A stretch of DNA of 62,412 nucleotides, the filler included, from Dugesia japonica (lineage: Eukaryota): the NCBI GenBank assembly GCA_001938525.1. It is 4 parts of 4 records of this genome, joined end to end, with 100 filler letters (N's around TTAATTAATTAA, not from the genome) between each part and the next. Parts side by side here need not be neighbours in the genome. Positions count along the whole stretch, not along the records: positions 1 to 17,647 come from MQRL01588487.1; 3 more parts are not named here. One strand, written 5' to 3'. The position numbers and the translations under genes are program-made. Below, piece by piece: positions 1 to 13,944 of the stretch. The first letter of the stretch is position 1, and each line of letters starts with the position of its first letter. The notes under the pieces are model-generated. The model ran no database searches, was not told the DNA's origin, and saw only the letters and a program-made list of their open reading frames with translations.

Positions 1-1489
1 AAAATAATAATATTAATAATAATAATAATTTTAAAAAATATTTTTTATAAAAAAAAATTTAATAATAATAAAAATTAAATTGAATGAAATAATAGTAATT
101 TATGATAATTATAAATGAACAAAAAATTTTTAAAATTTCAAGTATAAAAAAATTATATAAAACAAATAACAAAATCCAACTAATAATTAAACATTTAAAA
201 GATTTTTCAATTTAACTAAAAATTTTGAGATTTAATTAAAAATAAAATTTATAATTTAAATAAACCAATCAAATTTTGATAAAATATAAAAAAATTTTTA
301 ACAATGTTCTATTATCGATTAAATCTATCCAAAAGTCATCATATTTCTGAAGAAGGCAATTGTCGACAATTTGAATATCTATAAAACAATTTATTTTGAT
401 CGAAGCTATTACTTTATTTTAATGAAATCTCAAATGTGATCAATGGTTAAATCCAACAATTATTCTCTCAATAATTGTAATTATAAAACATAGTATATGG
501 TCTAAAATGCTCAAATAACTAAATTTTTAATAAATTATATAATATAAATTTAAAATTAAAAAGTCTTAAAAAAGTATAAACATAATCTCATGTTTTAAAC
601 TAAACAAACATAATTAAAAAAATTAAATCAATTAAATCAAAATTATTTATGCAAAAATTTCATATTAATGTTGCGGCAAACCGTATAACGTTTGCATGTA
701 TTTTAGCATGTGAATGCATTAATTTCAATTTATTTTTTGAATAAAAATTACAAAGTATATTTAATATAAATTAGTTTAAAATTTATTGTTTTACAATATT
801 AATAAAATCATATTATACATGATTTGTTGTTTTTTTTTGGAATAAATTTATTTTAATTAATAATTGGATTTTATTTTAAAGTACAAAATAAAGTAATTAA
901 ATGTTAATAAATTCGAAAAATATATATTTCCATTTAAATGAATATTAATTTCCTAAACAATTAAGTAAATACAATCAATTTATTTATGAATATTTTTATT
1001 TGTGTCTATTTTCTAAAATATCAGTCAAAACTAAATCATTAAAATTTATTGATGTGTCCGACTTAAAATAATTTTTTTTCAAAACTCAATTTTATTATAA
1101 ACTAATCGGCAATATAAAATTTTTAAATATAGTTTTTGATTTGATAGTTTTGTATAATTATTAATCACATATCATATTATATTAATTTCATACAAANNNN
1201 NNNNNNNNNNNNNNNNNNNNNNNNNNNNNNNNNNNNNNNACTGAAATTATAGTTTAATTATGTATGTATTATGAGAATAAATACATAATTTATAAATATA
1301 ATTCTTACTTAATTTATAAATGGATAATGTATATTGATGTCCAATTTAATGTATTGTATTTGTCAGTAATTAAGTGTCACACCATTCATAGTAATTAAGT
1401 AACACACCATTGATACAAAATCAATAAGATTTGTATTACAATTTAGTTTTTGTTAGTTAGATACTAATTTTTGGACAGTTAGTAAATTG

Positions 1490-1660
1490 TCCCTTATTTT
1501 AGTAGGTTTTCCCTTAATTTAGTAAGTTTTCCCTTAATTTAGTAAAATTTCTCTTATTTTAGTAAAATTTTCCTTATTTAACTAAAAAATAAGAGAAATT
1601 TTCCCTTAGTTTAGTAAACTGGGGAAATGTTTACTAAAATAAGGGAAAGTTTACCATTTG
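1490..1660. repeat. ~20-bp minisatellite (TTTCCCTTATTTTAGTAAAA-like) with inverted units
   Basis: Direct units cccttattttagtagg/cccttaatttagtaag/ctcttattttagtaaa, then reverse-complement units actaaaaaataagagaaa and actaaaataagggaaa. Confidence 0.75.
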
Positions 1661-4099
1661 TCTTTAATTTTCGTTTATGTAAATTAAAATGTTAATAATT
1701 TTGATATGAAAAACTTAGTTTTTTTTCTAATTTAACTTGATCATATTTGATTTAATTAATTTTATATTAAAAGATAAATAAGAAACAGATAGAAAAAGGA
1801 AAGAATAATAAGAAATTATTGTAATCATTATATAAGAAACTTTAAGTTATGTACATAAATAAATGAAGATAGGTGTGTTTCATTTTAAATTATGAAGCTA
1901 CTTTTATATTTTTATAAGCTGAGTCATAAAAGAAATCATTTTTAAATTNATTTTATTTATTTTGAATTATGTTAATATTTTATCAAATCTTATATAAATG
2001 TCTTCTATCTTATGTCCACTGGTGATTATTATATGTGGTAGTTAATTATTTATTATTCTTTTAAATTTCATTTGAGATTTCATTAAATTAAAAGCTTCAA
2101 TCAAAATGTTGGTTTATTTCTTTTTATTTCTTTATCTTGTGTTTTTAATTAATTAATTTTTTTTATTTATTAAACAATTTTTTATAGTTAAATTTTTTAT
2201 AGTTTAATTGTTTTTTTCTAATAATTTTGTTATTAATGAAAGAGTTGAAGATTAGTGACATGCGTNATTNTTTTCCAATTTTATAATAAATTATTTGAAT
2301 AAACTCAGAAAAATAAATAATAAAAAAAATTAGAAGTATAAATTTGATTTTATTGTAAAAATTGAAATTTATTGCAACCAAGGTAATAAATCAAAATATG
2401 CTGTTGAAAAGTCATGTGTCAGAATCATGCTAATAAGTTCATTTATCATTTAAAATTAGTCAGAAAATTAACAGCTTCTTTCTTCTTCACGGACATTGAA
2501 TTTTTTTAATTTATGGCTAAGAATCTAGAAATATTTTAGTAATATTATTTTATATTTTTCATTATTCGTGTTTAAATTAATTAAAATAACTGTATTTTAT
2601 ATAAAACGTATATCTTGTGAATTGTATGTCAAAGTAGTAGGTTAAACAGGATCATCATTCACATCTCTTAATCTAAACTTCTCTTAATGTAAACGTGTCA
2701 AAACTGACACTTTTGTCGCCAATTTTCACACCTTTAAAAACAATTAATTTCACGTATTATTTTTTATTTTTATCCATGTGAATATTTACATCTTAATTTT
2801 TTCTATTGTTTCTTAAGCGTGAGAAATTTAAAACCTAATTATTTCTTATTAACATATAAAAATTCACATATAAATGTTTATAACCGTGAATAACCCAAAC
2901 CATGATGTTTTAAATATTTTATTGAAGAGTAGTATTCAAAAAATTTTATTATTATTGTTAATGTCAAACTTGATATTGTCGGATGCACAATGAAATGATG
3001 AACACAGTGGAGTAGTTTTAAATTTAGTCATTTTAAATATAAGGATAAAAAGATTTTAGAGATTTAAAATATTTGAAATTTTAAAATATCGAGATACATG
3101 AAAATCTTTCCATTACACTCATCAAGTCTTTTATACCACTTAATAGAAAATTAAAAGTAGAATATTACTTACTTAAAAATATTTAAATACAAATATTTTC
3201 CTAACAATGATATCGATGAAACAAAGTATTTAGATCTACGGTATTCAGTTCCAATATTTTGAGTTGAAACCTTCATCATCGGGATGAAGAACAATTTAGT
3301 AGGTAGTGGCGCACGGCACCACCTAAATTTATCAATTGTAAAATTGCAATTAAAACGAGTAGATAACAAACTTGAGAAACATAACTGATATCAAAATTTT
3401 AATCTCGTGTGTTAGTCACAAGTTATTAAAGATTTAAAATTTTAATATTTAAAAATCGTGTCCAGCCTCCAATTTTTATCATCAAGACTTGAATTTGATA
3501 CTATTGAGTAGGCATTTAAAAATTATATATCCATTGTCTAAAGAATCGGTCTCGACAAATGTATGCCTTACTAGAAAATCAAAGAAGAATAAACAAAGAA
3601 ATTTTAAAAAATATTTTAAAAAATATTTTACTATTTCTTAATCAAAATGCATCAAATCTGATATTATTAGAATGGTAATGAGATGATAAAGACATGTTTT
3701 TAAATCATTTTAACGAAGAGGTAGCGATATATTTGCTATTTAAATTTTAAAAATGAATAAATGTTTTATTTACAAATTGTAAATAGAAAAAATGTTATTT
3801 AAAAAAATTATGAAAAATTTAAAAGTGCATTTGTGTAGCTTCTATGTTGCACATGTAATATTTAATCAAAAAAATGAACACTATTATACGTTTCATTTGC
3901 TATTTAGTGATGTCATTCTATGTAATTTTTGAAATTTGCGTTGACTTCTATTTAATTTATTAAACGTTTCACCGACTTCTAATTAATTCTTTAAACATTT
4001 TAATGACCTATGTCATTTTCGAATTTGTTTAGCAACATCTATGTAAGACAACACACACAAGACAATTATAAGAAAAATTTATTTTAAACACGCGTTTTT

Positions 4100-4350
4100 A
4101 ATTACCTACATAAGAATCCAACCAATATGTTTTCATCAGTCATTTCGTTATCATTTATTTCCTTATTTGACAGCGTATCAATCATTCCATCATCAAATCA
4201 TACCCGTATATTAGGCATTACTTTATCAATAATATCATCCTTTGGAGGCATATTAGTTATTTCCTCATCAATAATGACATCATTTGGTTGAGTATTGTTC
4301 ATATCGTCTTCTGATAATGCATTTTTTCCAACTATTCTTACATTAGTTTC
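4100..4350 (-). pseudogene. Acidic-repeat accessory gene remnant, paralogue of 31191-31482
   Basis: Minus strand EDDMNNTQPNDVIIDEEITNMPPKDDIIDK; DNA similar to 31255-31450. Confidence 0.5.
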
Positions 4351-4391
4351 TAAATACCATTAAATAAGTATTTAGATTTAAGTTAGTTATT

Positions 4392-5105
4392 ATGATTATT
4401 CCGTCATTTAAAAATTTTAAAATAGATGACACTTATATTCAAAACGTATTGATTGAAACTATATTAAATTATAATAGTGGCAGTAAAAATATTTTTCTAG
4501 CAGCAATGGGTTATGAAACAGTAATAGATAGGATAAAGTCGATTAAATTACCTAAATTATTGGCTCTATATTATTTCTTGCAACTGGACTTTTTGGATCA
4601 ACCAAAATATATTAGTCCTGGTGTCAATGTCCAAATTTGATTGAAGAGACAAAACCCTAGATTTGGCTGGAATTGGCAACTGATGAACCAAAATATCAAA
4701 TAATTGATGCAAAATTAATGGTTAGACGTGTGTGTGTTGAACCTTTATTATTGGCTGGTCATTAAATAGGATTAACTAAAAGAATGCTATAATTCAATAC
4801 GCATTAAGAAGCTTGTTGGCATTGCAATTAGAATAAATGATGCATCTTTTTCTAATTAAAAAATCTTTGGAGATCTTCGTTTGTCTAGCTTTCTGTTGGT
4901 AATATTTCAAAATGAAGATCAATATAAAGGTGATTAAAATAATTCTAGTTCAACACTTCAACATTTAAATGTTACTTCCATCTCCTTAGCAAAAAACAGT
5001 GATTATCGATAGACATATACACAAAACTTTGAAAATGATAATTATAGCACAACATACATGCAATCTATTGTTCAAAATATGATATATTTGAATAAGAATA
5101 ATTTA
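4392..5105 (+). pseudogene. Polinton major capsid protein (PY/hexon-like) remnant
   Basis: LQLDFLDQPKYISPGVNVQI*LKR, IIDAKLMVRRVCVEPLLLAGH, QYKGD*NNSSSTLQHLNVTSISL, QNFENDNYSTTY match the Polinton MCP pattern; stops and frameshifts. Confidence 0.8.
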
Positions 5106-5229
5106 TGCAGTATTCAAAAAGGAAATTCAAATCAATGCCATTAGTGTAATCATTATTTTGTATAATTGATACATGTTATGGAGTGTATTATTGATTTTTT
5201 ATTTTATTAGTTCTATTAAGATTGATCAT

Positions 5230-5400
5230 ATCGGATCAAAGTGGTTTGGAGAGGTACATATCCATTAGACAAGATTCCATATATTCATGTTAATAAAGCC
5301 TTTATTGTCAATAGTAATACATCAAACCAAGGTAGATAACATTGGTTAGGTATTTACAATAAACCATCATGAAGCCTGTTCAAATTTATGGTCTTATGAG
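5230..5400 (+). pseudogene. Polinton adenain-like cysteine protease remnant
   Basis: WRGTYPLDKIP...AFIVNSNTSNQGR*HWLGIY matches GVYPxDxLP...IVNTDxSxxPGxHWVAI. Confidence 0.78.
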
Positions 5401-5414
5401 AAAAAGTATTTTTT

Positions 5415-5900
5415 ATTTGATTTTATATTACCCATAAGATACACTTTCCATTTTCTCTAACCAGTGCAACTTATCATTACTATTACTTCATGCTATTTTC
5501 TTTGATTTTATACTAAANAGTTGATGGATTTTCGAAACAATTCTAAATTTTTCGACTGCTACCTTTTCGTCATTATTATAGCAATCAACATATTTCTGAT
5601 GGTTGATACTGCTATTTTTCACTATTACACCTTTAGTTTTCAATGTTTCTCACTCAACAGGCTTTAGCACTTTGGTCTAAAAAATATCCATTCCAGATAC
5701 TTTTTTCTCCTTATTCTCATCTGTGAACTTTTGAATGACGGGATTAAAATGATTACTATAAATGGATTGTTTTTTACTATAATCAGACATATCTAATAAT
5801 TCATCTTTCTTCATCAATCCGATCACAAAAAGTTAAGCATGTCTGCTGTCAACCCTCTTTGAATCTAAAGATATTTTAAAAATTAAAAAATCGTTACTAT
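5415..5900 (-). pseudogene. Protein-primed PolB C-terminal remnant
   Basis: DELLDMSDYS...VIQKFTDENK..YLEWIFFRPKC*SLLSEK..KGV...KKIA*SNSNDK; paralogous to 50678-51178. Confidence 0.8.
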
Positions 5901-6084
5901 TTATGTAATTTTGACTAAAATACTAATTTTGATTACTTTATGTATAGTAGAACCTAGGCACAGAAATTTATGTATTTATTGTATGTTTTATTATTCTATT
6001 CTTTTCTTTTAGTAAAATAACTGTGGGTGTTTTAGAAAATAGCTTAAAATAAGAAGTGAAAAAGAAATTTTAGAAATAAACTTT

Positions 6085-6855
6085 ATTTTACCAATTTACC
6101 ACAAAAGTTTAAAATAATTTTAACAAAGATGAAAATTTAAACAAATTCGACTTTTTCCATTAATTCGTAAAAATTCAACCCAAATTGACAAACCCGAGGA
6201 GATAATTGACTAAATCTTACAAAAATTAACCAATTTAACCATACCAGAGGAAATAATTGATCAATATTGCCTAAACCGAGTAAATAATTTATCGAATCAC
6301 CCAAAAATTAACCAAATTTTCCATTCCAGAGGAAATAATTGATCCAATTGCTCCAAAATTACCCAAACATCCCAATCTCATTAAAATCAATCAATTTAAT
6401 AATTTCATTAAAATTCATCAAAATCATTTAAATTGAGAATAATTTCGTTAAAGTTTAGCATATTTATTTAAAGAATTNNNNNNNNNNNNNNNNNNNNNNN
6501 NTACGTTTAAAATAATTATTATTATATTATCTATTTTTACATGTATGAATAATTGTAAATATTATAATAATATCTCATTATGTTAGAATTTTTAACTCCA
6601 AAAAAAATGTCTATAGTGGGTTTAAAATTTTATATGCAGCCCGCGGAGTTATGATGCATTTCCAAAGTGGCCCACAAGATCATTTCGGTTCGCCACTCAT
6701 GGCTTAAACCGAGTAACTAATTAACCGAATCTTCCAAAAATTACCCAAACTGACCAAAACCGAGGAAATATTGGACTCAATCATCCAAAAATTACCAATC
6801 CCGAGTGAAAATTAGACCAATTTCACTTAAACCAGTCAAAAATTGACCACATTCG
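6085..6855. repeat. Degenerate tandem repeat (ccgaggaaataattgaccaaat...aaaattaaccaa), interrupted by a gap and a hAT-like end at ~6640-6702
   Basis: Recurrent gaggaaataattga / ccgagtaaataatt / aaaattacccaa motifs. Confidence 0.6.
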
Positions 6856-6952
6856 NNNNNNNNNNNNNNNNNNNNNNNNNNNNNNNNNNNNNNNNNNNNN
6901 NNNNNNNNNNNNNNNNNNNNNNNNNNNNNNNNNNNNNNNNNNNNNNNNNNNN

Positions 6953-7124
6953 CCAACTAAATACACAGGAATATTTAAAAAACAGTAACGTATTGCATCA
7001 TATTACCTAATATGATGCAATTTTTAAATTGCCAAATAAATACATTAGGATTATGTTTCGTTACATCACTAATCCTGGGGGGTACTACATGTGTGCTGTT
7101 CTTTACTGCTACTATCTACCTACT
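6953..7124. mobile_element. Polinton-like terminus, same family as 30819-31160
   Basis: Shares ccaactaaatacacaggaa and atgtgtgctgttctttactg with the 31 kb copy; ends ctactatctacctACT. Confidence 0.6.
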
Positions 7125-7899
7125 AATATCTCTAGTATTAATTAATTAATTAACTAGTTTCTAATAAATATTCTCAAGTAGCTTTTTTTAACATTAAAAG
7201 GTGTTTTACTTTATATCGTTTGGAATTAATATAGTACGTTTTTCATTGTTTATATATTGAATTAACAATATGGGTATTCTGTTGAAATTTGACTGAAATA
7301 ACTGTTCATAAATTTTTATCAAATTTATTGTTGTATAAACTATTATCATTACGTTTAAACAAGAAATTATGTGTATTAATTTTTTTAATGAAATTTTACG
7401 GTTTCAGCGCACTTGAAAGCATGATTAGGATTTATCATGTAAAACTACATGTCAGGTCAGCAGCCATATATGNGATGTTTTATTGCATGATCGATATTAC
7501 TTCTGTCGAAGATTATTTAAATTAAATAATGTAAAAAAGTGAAATTCAATTATCATTATTTGTGAAATAAAATTTTCTTATCGCAACAGAAAAAGATTTG
7601 TGATCAGGAAATTGCGCACATGAAAATCGCGCATGTGAGAATGATATTTGAATTGTTTGTTTTACAAATTTATACGCGCAATAAAAATATTTATAAAGTT
7701 TTTTAAATTTAAAATATTTCAAGAAAATANTTAAAATAATTATTGCATATATTAGTTTGAATATTAAAACTATTCTAATTCAGTTTTTCAATTTATAGAA
7801 TCTTTGTCTAAATAAATGTTTGGTGAGGATAGCGTTTCTCTTGCTAATGGCGCACATGAAAAATTCCGCACAATATGAATTTGTTACATGATTTCATTT

Positions 7900-8790
7900 A
7901 CCAATGTATTTTTTTTCAAAACCCAGTTATTTGATTTTAAAAATAATAAAAACCGGTTTTTGGACGGTTTTTTATTTATTTTTAAAAAAATGTAAACAAA
8001 AATTCTTTTGCTGGGATATTTTTTTATTCATTTAAATTTCAAAAAAAGTAATAAAAAGGTTAAGACAAATAACATAAACGTAACCATTCATATTAAAATT
8101 AGAAAATAAACAAAAATACTTCAAATAATTTTTTATCAGTCTTTTCAATATTTAAGGAACGCTTATTCATTTTCTAAATTAAAATAATAAAATAATTAAT
8201 TAATATTAACTAATTAATATTAATTAATAAAATAATTAATTATTCCACTTTTTAGTAAATAATTAAAAAAAAATTATTTCCTACTGGTGTAAAACAGGTT
8301 TTCGGTATTTTGAAGATATTTAGCTAGTGAAATCAAATTCTTATTTCGTCTATTTTCTAAACGGTTTTTTAATTGTTGTAGCAATATTTTTACTAATATC
8401 TGATTGCAGTTTATTAAGCTCATTGAATAAAAATAAAACTATTGCTTCAAAAAATATAACTGTAGCATCTCTTCTGCTTAAAGCTTTTATTTCTAGTCTA
8501 ATTGGTTTTAAAGTTTCAGAAAAATTTTCTAATATTTTTTTTGGTTATTACCTAAATTTTTCAAAGCTTTTGGAATCCATTTCATCAACAATAAAATTCT
8601 CAAAGTCATACGATCCATTGAATTTCATCTGGTTCAGCAGTCCAGAATTAAAGATCATTCTTTTCCTTTCTGTCCTTTTAAATATTTTTATCAGTTGTTT
8701 AAGTTTTGATTTTAGAGATAGAGTTGTCGATCTACCGAAGGGAAATATTCGGTAGTACTTAGTGTTTTCAACATTTTGCTGTGCAGATTT
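7900..8790 (-). mobile_element. hAT-type transposase remnant
   Basis: Minus strand LKPIRLEIKALSRRDATV..EAIVLFLFNELNKLQSDISKNI; subterminal aaaaccggttttt motif. Confidence 0.55.
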
Positions 8791-9882
8791 AAATTGAANG
8801 AATTATTATTATAATAAATTCATATTAATTTATATAATTCATCTAATAATTTCATATTGTGAACAATTTTCCATGTGCGCCATTTTCTTGTGTGCAATAT
8901 TTGTGTGAGCATTTTAACAGAACCAAAAAATTTATAGTAACAAACGATTTAAAAATCGTGCTTTTTAAACAAATACCAAATGAATTCAAAAGTTATTTTA
9001 TTTAAATGTGCACAAAGTGAGAAAATTACTAAAATTCATAGTTTAATTTAATTCTGCAAACTGAAAAATTTTGTTACAAGTCGATATCTTATTTGAAAAG
9101 TAAAATCTTAAATATTATTTTATTTTTTCTAAAAGAAATAAAGCTATAAAATGATTCTAATTCTGATTTTCAAATTATTTATTTATTTATTTACTTTCAA
9201 TTTTTAAGAATTACATTTTATATTATTTTCATTTTTTTCTTCAAATAATTTAAAATTATCAGGAGATTAAATTAATTTAATATTATGTTTACTTCTAAAA
9301 ATAAATTCAACGAAATAAATGATATTATAAAATTAAATTAAAGTAAAAATTTTTTTTTTGGTTTAACAATGGTAAATCCATTAACAAAAATTTCTAATTT
9401 ACTACTAGGTTTTATTACATCTAAATTTTAAAAGTTAAGTAAAATAAGTAGTTGAGTCTAGTAAAACTATTGACTATCTTTATGCTCCATAAATTCCATA
9501 AATTATTTTTCCAAGTAATGTCTGGTTAACATTAAATAATTTGTTGATTTTTAATAAATGCAAATATTATAGAAATAAATAATTTAATGAAAATTTTAAA
9601 CACGAAAAAACTTTTTAATAATTAATTTTGTTAATATATTTTCCTTATACTAACATATGTTTAATGGTTTTATTTTACATTAATATTTTTGTGTATATCA
9701 GTTTATAAATTTAATATTTCAAATGTAGTGAAATAAATTCTGGTTAGATTTTTTTTAGTTTATTTTTAATTAACCAATTTATTAATTATTTTGTTTTAAT
9801 AGATATATTGTTATGAAATTAAGTATTTATTTTAATATTTATCGAAATTTAACTAGTATTTTAAGTATTATTATTATTATTA

Positions 9883-10222
9883 TTAGGTTGACACATAAAT
9901 AATATTGTTTTTTAATAATCCATATTCAACCAATTAATAAATCATTTAAATATATTCAAACTATCTCTTTTTGGCAATTTTATGAAGCAAGTTTAATGCT
10001 TAAATATTTTTCGAGTAATTTGATGAATATGTATTAAATCTGTAGAAATGACAGACAAATGCTGAATGAAGTATATACATGCAATATTGTATAGCATCAT
10101 GAAATTACTTTTTAAATTGGCAGACATTGTAAAAAAACAATTAATTAATACACATGTTCTGCGTCATTTTCTGTTGTTTAAAGTTTTTCGTAAAAAATTA
10201 CATAACTTATGTGTCAACCTAA
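9883..10222. mobile_element. Mariner-type MITE (~340 bp)
   Basis: TIRs TTAGGTTGACACATAA ... TTATGTGTCAACCTAA, TA on both sides. Confidence 0.85.
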
Positions 10223-10314
10223 TATATTTAATATTATTATGTTTAAATGTATTACTTTCATTTATTTTTTTATTACTTAATATGATATGATATAAATAAC
10301 TACCATTATCTCAG

Positions 10315-10348
<34 letters not shown>

Positions 10349-11099
10349 GTTATGGAAACCACATGTTTATCCCTCATGGATAATAAACTACTCTTTATAT
10401 AAACTTTAGCAGCCCTATGAATTTTTATTTAAATAAAGCGGCAAAAAATCAAACTTTTTAATGTATAAATATCATATTTTTTCAATGCGGGTTCGTAAAA
10501 ATGTTACTAAGTATTCGAGATATGTGTTAAACAAACCCTAAATAACAGTAAATTTCTGTGATTTATGTAAATCAAACATAATTTTCTCAGTTCGAATGCG
10601 ACCCTTACAAATAGACTTTAACATAAAGTCTGTTTTTGTTATTTAAATTTTCATTTAAACAGAAAATATTTTTTTCTTAAATTCAGAATAGTCAATAAAA
10701 CAAAAATTTCTATATATTTGAAATGAAAGTGTTATTAAAACAGGGAAATAAGGTAATGAATAATGATTCAATAAATAATAGTTTCGACCAATAGAAATAG
10801 ATTTAAAAAAATTTTTAAATGAATTTCGTTCAACTGCTATATATTTATTTAATTATTTATCTCTGTTTATTGTGAACCAAATTATGTTTCAAATTGTGGT
10901 TTCGAAAATAAATTATATTTAGAAGATTTATATAACAGTTCTAGTATAAGTTTTCAAATTTTCAGTTACATTTATTGTTTCTATAGTCCTGATTTTGTTT
11001 CATATGTTTATTTATCTCATTCATTTCTCGAGTTGAGTACTTACATTACAAGAATTTTACATTTTCTTCTTTTTGTTTACAATTTCTCCAGTGGTTTCT

Positions 11100-11700
11100 C
11101 TCACTTNTTTTTATGTTTCCTTCATTTCTTAATATTTTCTTTTCTTTTAATAGTAATTTTTTTATTTATTTCCGGTCTCCTTCGACTTTTTTCCTTACTA
11201 TCGATTTGATGTATTTCTTATATTTCTCAACTTTTTCATTACACATTTACTTTTTTCTTTTACTGAATTTGGTTTCTTCTTTACATACTAGTCTTTCGGC
11301 TTCCTTCATTAATGCCTATCTTCCAATTTGTTCAATAGACTAATCTTTTTTCTGCAAGTATATACGTTAGTCTCAGGCGTTTGATTCTTTTATGTAGTTT
11401 TATTACTTTCAAACAACAAAACGAGATAAGCAGAAAGAAAGAGTCAGAAACATTTGATGATAAAAATGTAAAAAAAATAAGAAGTGGACGGATAAAAAAG
11501 AAACAAATTGAAGATCATAGAACCAGACGAAAAAGAATTAAATGGACCGTCATTCAAAAGTCTATACAACTAGTACAGAATAAACAAGAATAAAGGAATG
11601 CTTAATCATAGTACTAGAGAGCACAGGTAGCCGTTCTTAAACTGGACAGTCGTAAGATCAATAGGACCTTAGACCTGCCTCACAANGTCAGTGAGTTGAC
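11100..11700. mobile_element. Possible non-LTR retroelement C-terminal debris
   Basis: AQVAVLKLDSRKINRTLDL weakly resembles the QKAVLLxxARILR end of RLE-type LINEs. Confidence 0.25.
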
Positions 11701-13510
11701 TTAAGTGGTGATCTAAACGTCATAATTCATATCATTGAAATATTGATTTCCAGTGTGTGAATTTAAAATATTAATGTTGCTTGGGAGAAATTTCTGATGA
11801 AATGTATACTTGGAAAAAATAAGCTCGTTGAACGCATGTTGTGCGTTCATTCACATATCTCAACCCATTTTTTACTCATCTTAGTTTCGTATTAATGCAC
11901 TTCGCGCTATCATCACATCTCATTTTGAAGAGAAATATGATCGCTATCAACGCACTTTTTGCATACATATATTTACTTAAACAGTCTAGTCATCTATGTG
12001 CACTTGAAATGTGTTCATCGTCTTGTGGGATTACTTTCACCGTCCATGAAACCATTCCATGTTACTATCAACCGGTAAGATTACTTAATCATGTATGTGA
12101 ACACATTGTGCACATACTAATCAATGGGAGCATTTTAGTAATTCACGAGAGCATTTATCTATGTATTTATTTAACCATAATAACTGCTTACGCACTTTGT
12201 GAGTACTTGTTCATTTATAAATACTAATGTATTCAAGACGGATTCCATTGTCCAACGAACTCTAATATTTTTATCATACTTTAATATATTTGCATAAATT
12301 TATTGTGTATGTTTTATCAATTTCTTGGTCAGCATAAAGTTCTGTGTCAAATACTGTGTAATATGATAAAGTTCTATTTTTTTTTTATTTTTCGTGAATA
12401 AAAAGAATTATATTCGTCAATTCAAACAAAAAATTCATGAAATAATGTAATATCACTTAAAATTGAATTTTNNNNNNNNNNNNNNNNNNNNNNNNNNNNN
12501 NNACGAATTAAAGTTGCTATTTTTCATGTTATATCAATTACGTCATCGACGCATATCAATTATCAAATATATTGAATAAAAAAACCATCACTACAAAAAT
12601 TTCCAGATCAGTTATGTGATCAGCTAAACTGAAACTGATTGGTTGTCAGCTGGGGGAGGTGATACTCCCCATTAACTGCTTGAAATAACTGTTGAAATTT
12701 AAAGTAATTTAGAAATAACCTTTTGTAAAATCACAAATAACATGAGATACAACTTATATAAATATTCACAATGATATACTGAATAATATTAAAAGTTGCA
12801 AAAAAAATAATCGTAATATTTGTTATAATGAAATGATTTAATTTATTTAAATATATTTCAGTTGAAAAATCAGTTTATTGGTAATAATTTAATTTTCTCA
12901 ATCATATGATTATTGACAAATATCAAAAAGAATTTACAAGAAATAAAATCAATGAAAGAAAATAGTATAATATTAGAGTAAAGAAATCAGACTGAAATGT
13001 TTGATGAATCAAAAAGAAAATGTTACTTCTTACTTATTAATATCTTACTTATTATAGTGTGTGATAGGATTCTATTTTTTCTAACCAAATTAGGTTTCTT
13101 GTTTCGATTGGATTTGCTTTTAAATAAAAAAAATTGTGATTTATCTATTTAAATTAAAGTGAAATAAATTATTTCTAGAAGACAAAATCTTTAGAAAATG
13201 GACATTAAATAAAATACAACGTGAATATAACGCTAAATTGAGAAACAACGATAGAATAATCGATAGGTTTGCGTATAATTTATCAAGCTTTAGATTTTGA
13301 AATTAAAAAATGTAGTTGAAGTAGTAAATAAGTCGATCGGGAAAGAAAATTACTTAAACAGAAAAACAAATGAAAATTTATTTTGCTATGTGGCAGAATC
13401 ATTAGACAAATCAGTTGAAATGTATCTTCTTTATTTGCAAAAAAGGTAAATTCTAAAAAATAAATTTAAGAATAAATTGCAAAATATCCAAATAAATAAT
13501 TTCTTTTCAT

Positions 13511-13944
13511 TGTGACTATTAGGGGTTGGGTTACATACCCTACATTAAGAAAACTTTCTTCTGTGGACAACATTTATTTTCAAAAACAGTTGTTGATTAA
13601 TAAATAATTGAATAAAAATTCTATCTACAAAATTAAAATAATATTACAAAATATTATATCAAGATGTTAAAAATGTTTAATCTAAAAAATAATTATACAA
13701 AAATACTGTTCTTTATACAATTTTTAATTAATAAAAAAATCTATAAACCATACGTATTGATTTTTACCTAAGATGAATAAATTTCCTAAATAATACTTAA
13801 AAATTTAACTCCGTTTTTTAAAAAATCCGCCACAAATATTATTTAAACAAAAGTTTATAAAACTTCTCAATACACAAATAAAGCTTCTATCAATAATATA
13901 CTCATAAAAAATAAAAACATTTAAGAAAGATACATTTCTTCACA
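13511..13944 (-). repeat. 3' LTR of Gypsy element 1 (~434 bp)
   Basis: On minus strand begins TGTGA right after purine tract AAAAGCGGGGA and ends TCACA. Confidence 0.75.

Larger units (their letters stand above)
3298..5900. mobile_element. Polinton/Maverick fragment C: left terminus, major capsid, protease and pPolB remnants
   Basis: Starts AGTAGGTAGTGGCGCACGGCAC, like the terminus at 18238; decayed MCP, protease and PolB follow. Confidence 0.8.

Noticed and set aside
3298-7124. Single Polinton bounded by these two termini
   Set aside because: Ends are not inverted copies beyond the tip; flanks CAATTT and AATATC are not a TSD
8327-8755. 142-aa hydrophobic plus-strand ORF
   Set aside because: Antisense shadow of a transposase remnant; the same applies to ORFs opposite the Gypsy, integrase and hAT frames
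11810-12330. MULE/SWIM zinc-finger remnant on minus strand
   Set aside because: Only scattered Cys/His among many stops
12862-13445. Multi-exon host gene
   Set aside because: Exon-like pieces do not splice in frame and no family is recognisable
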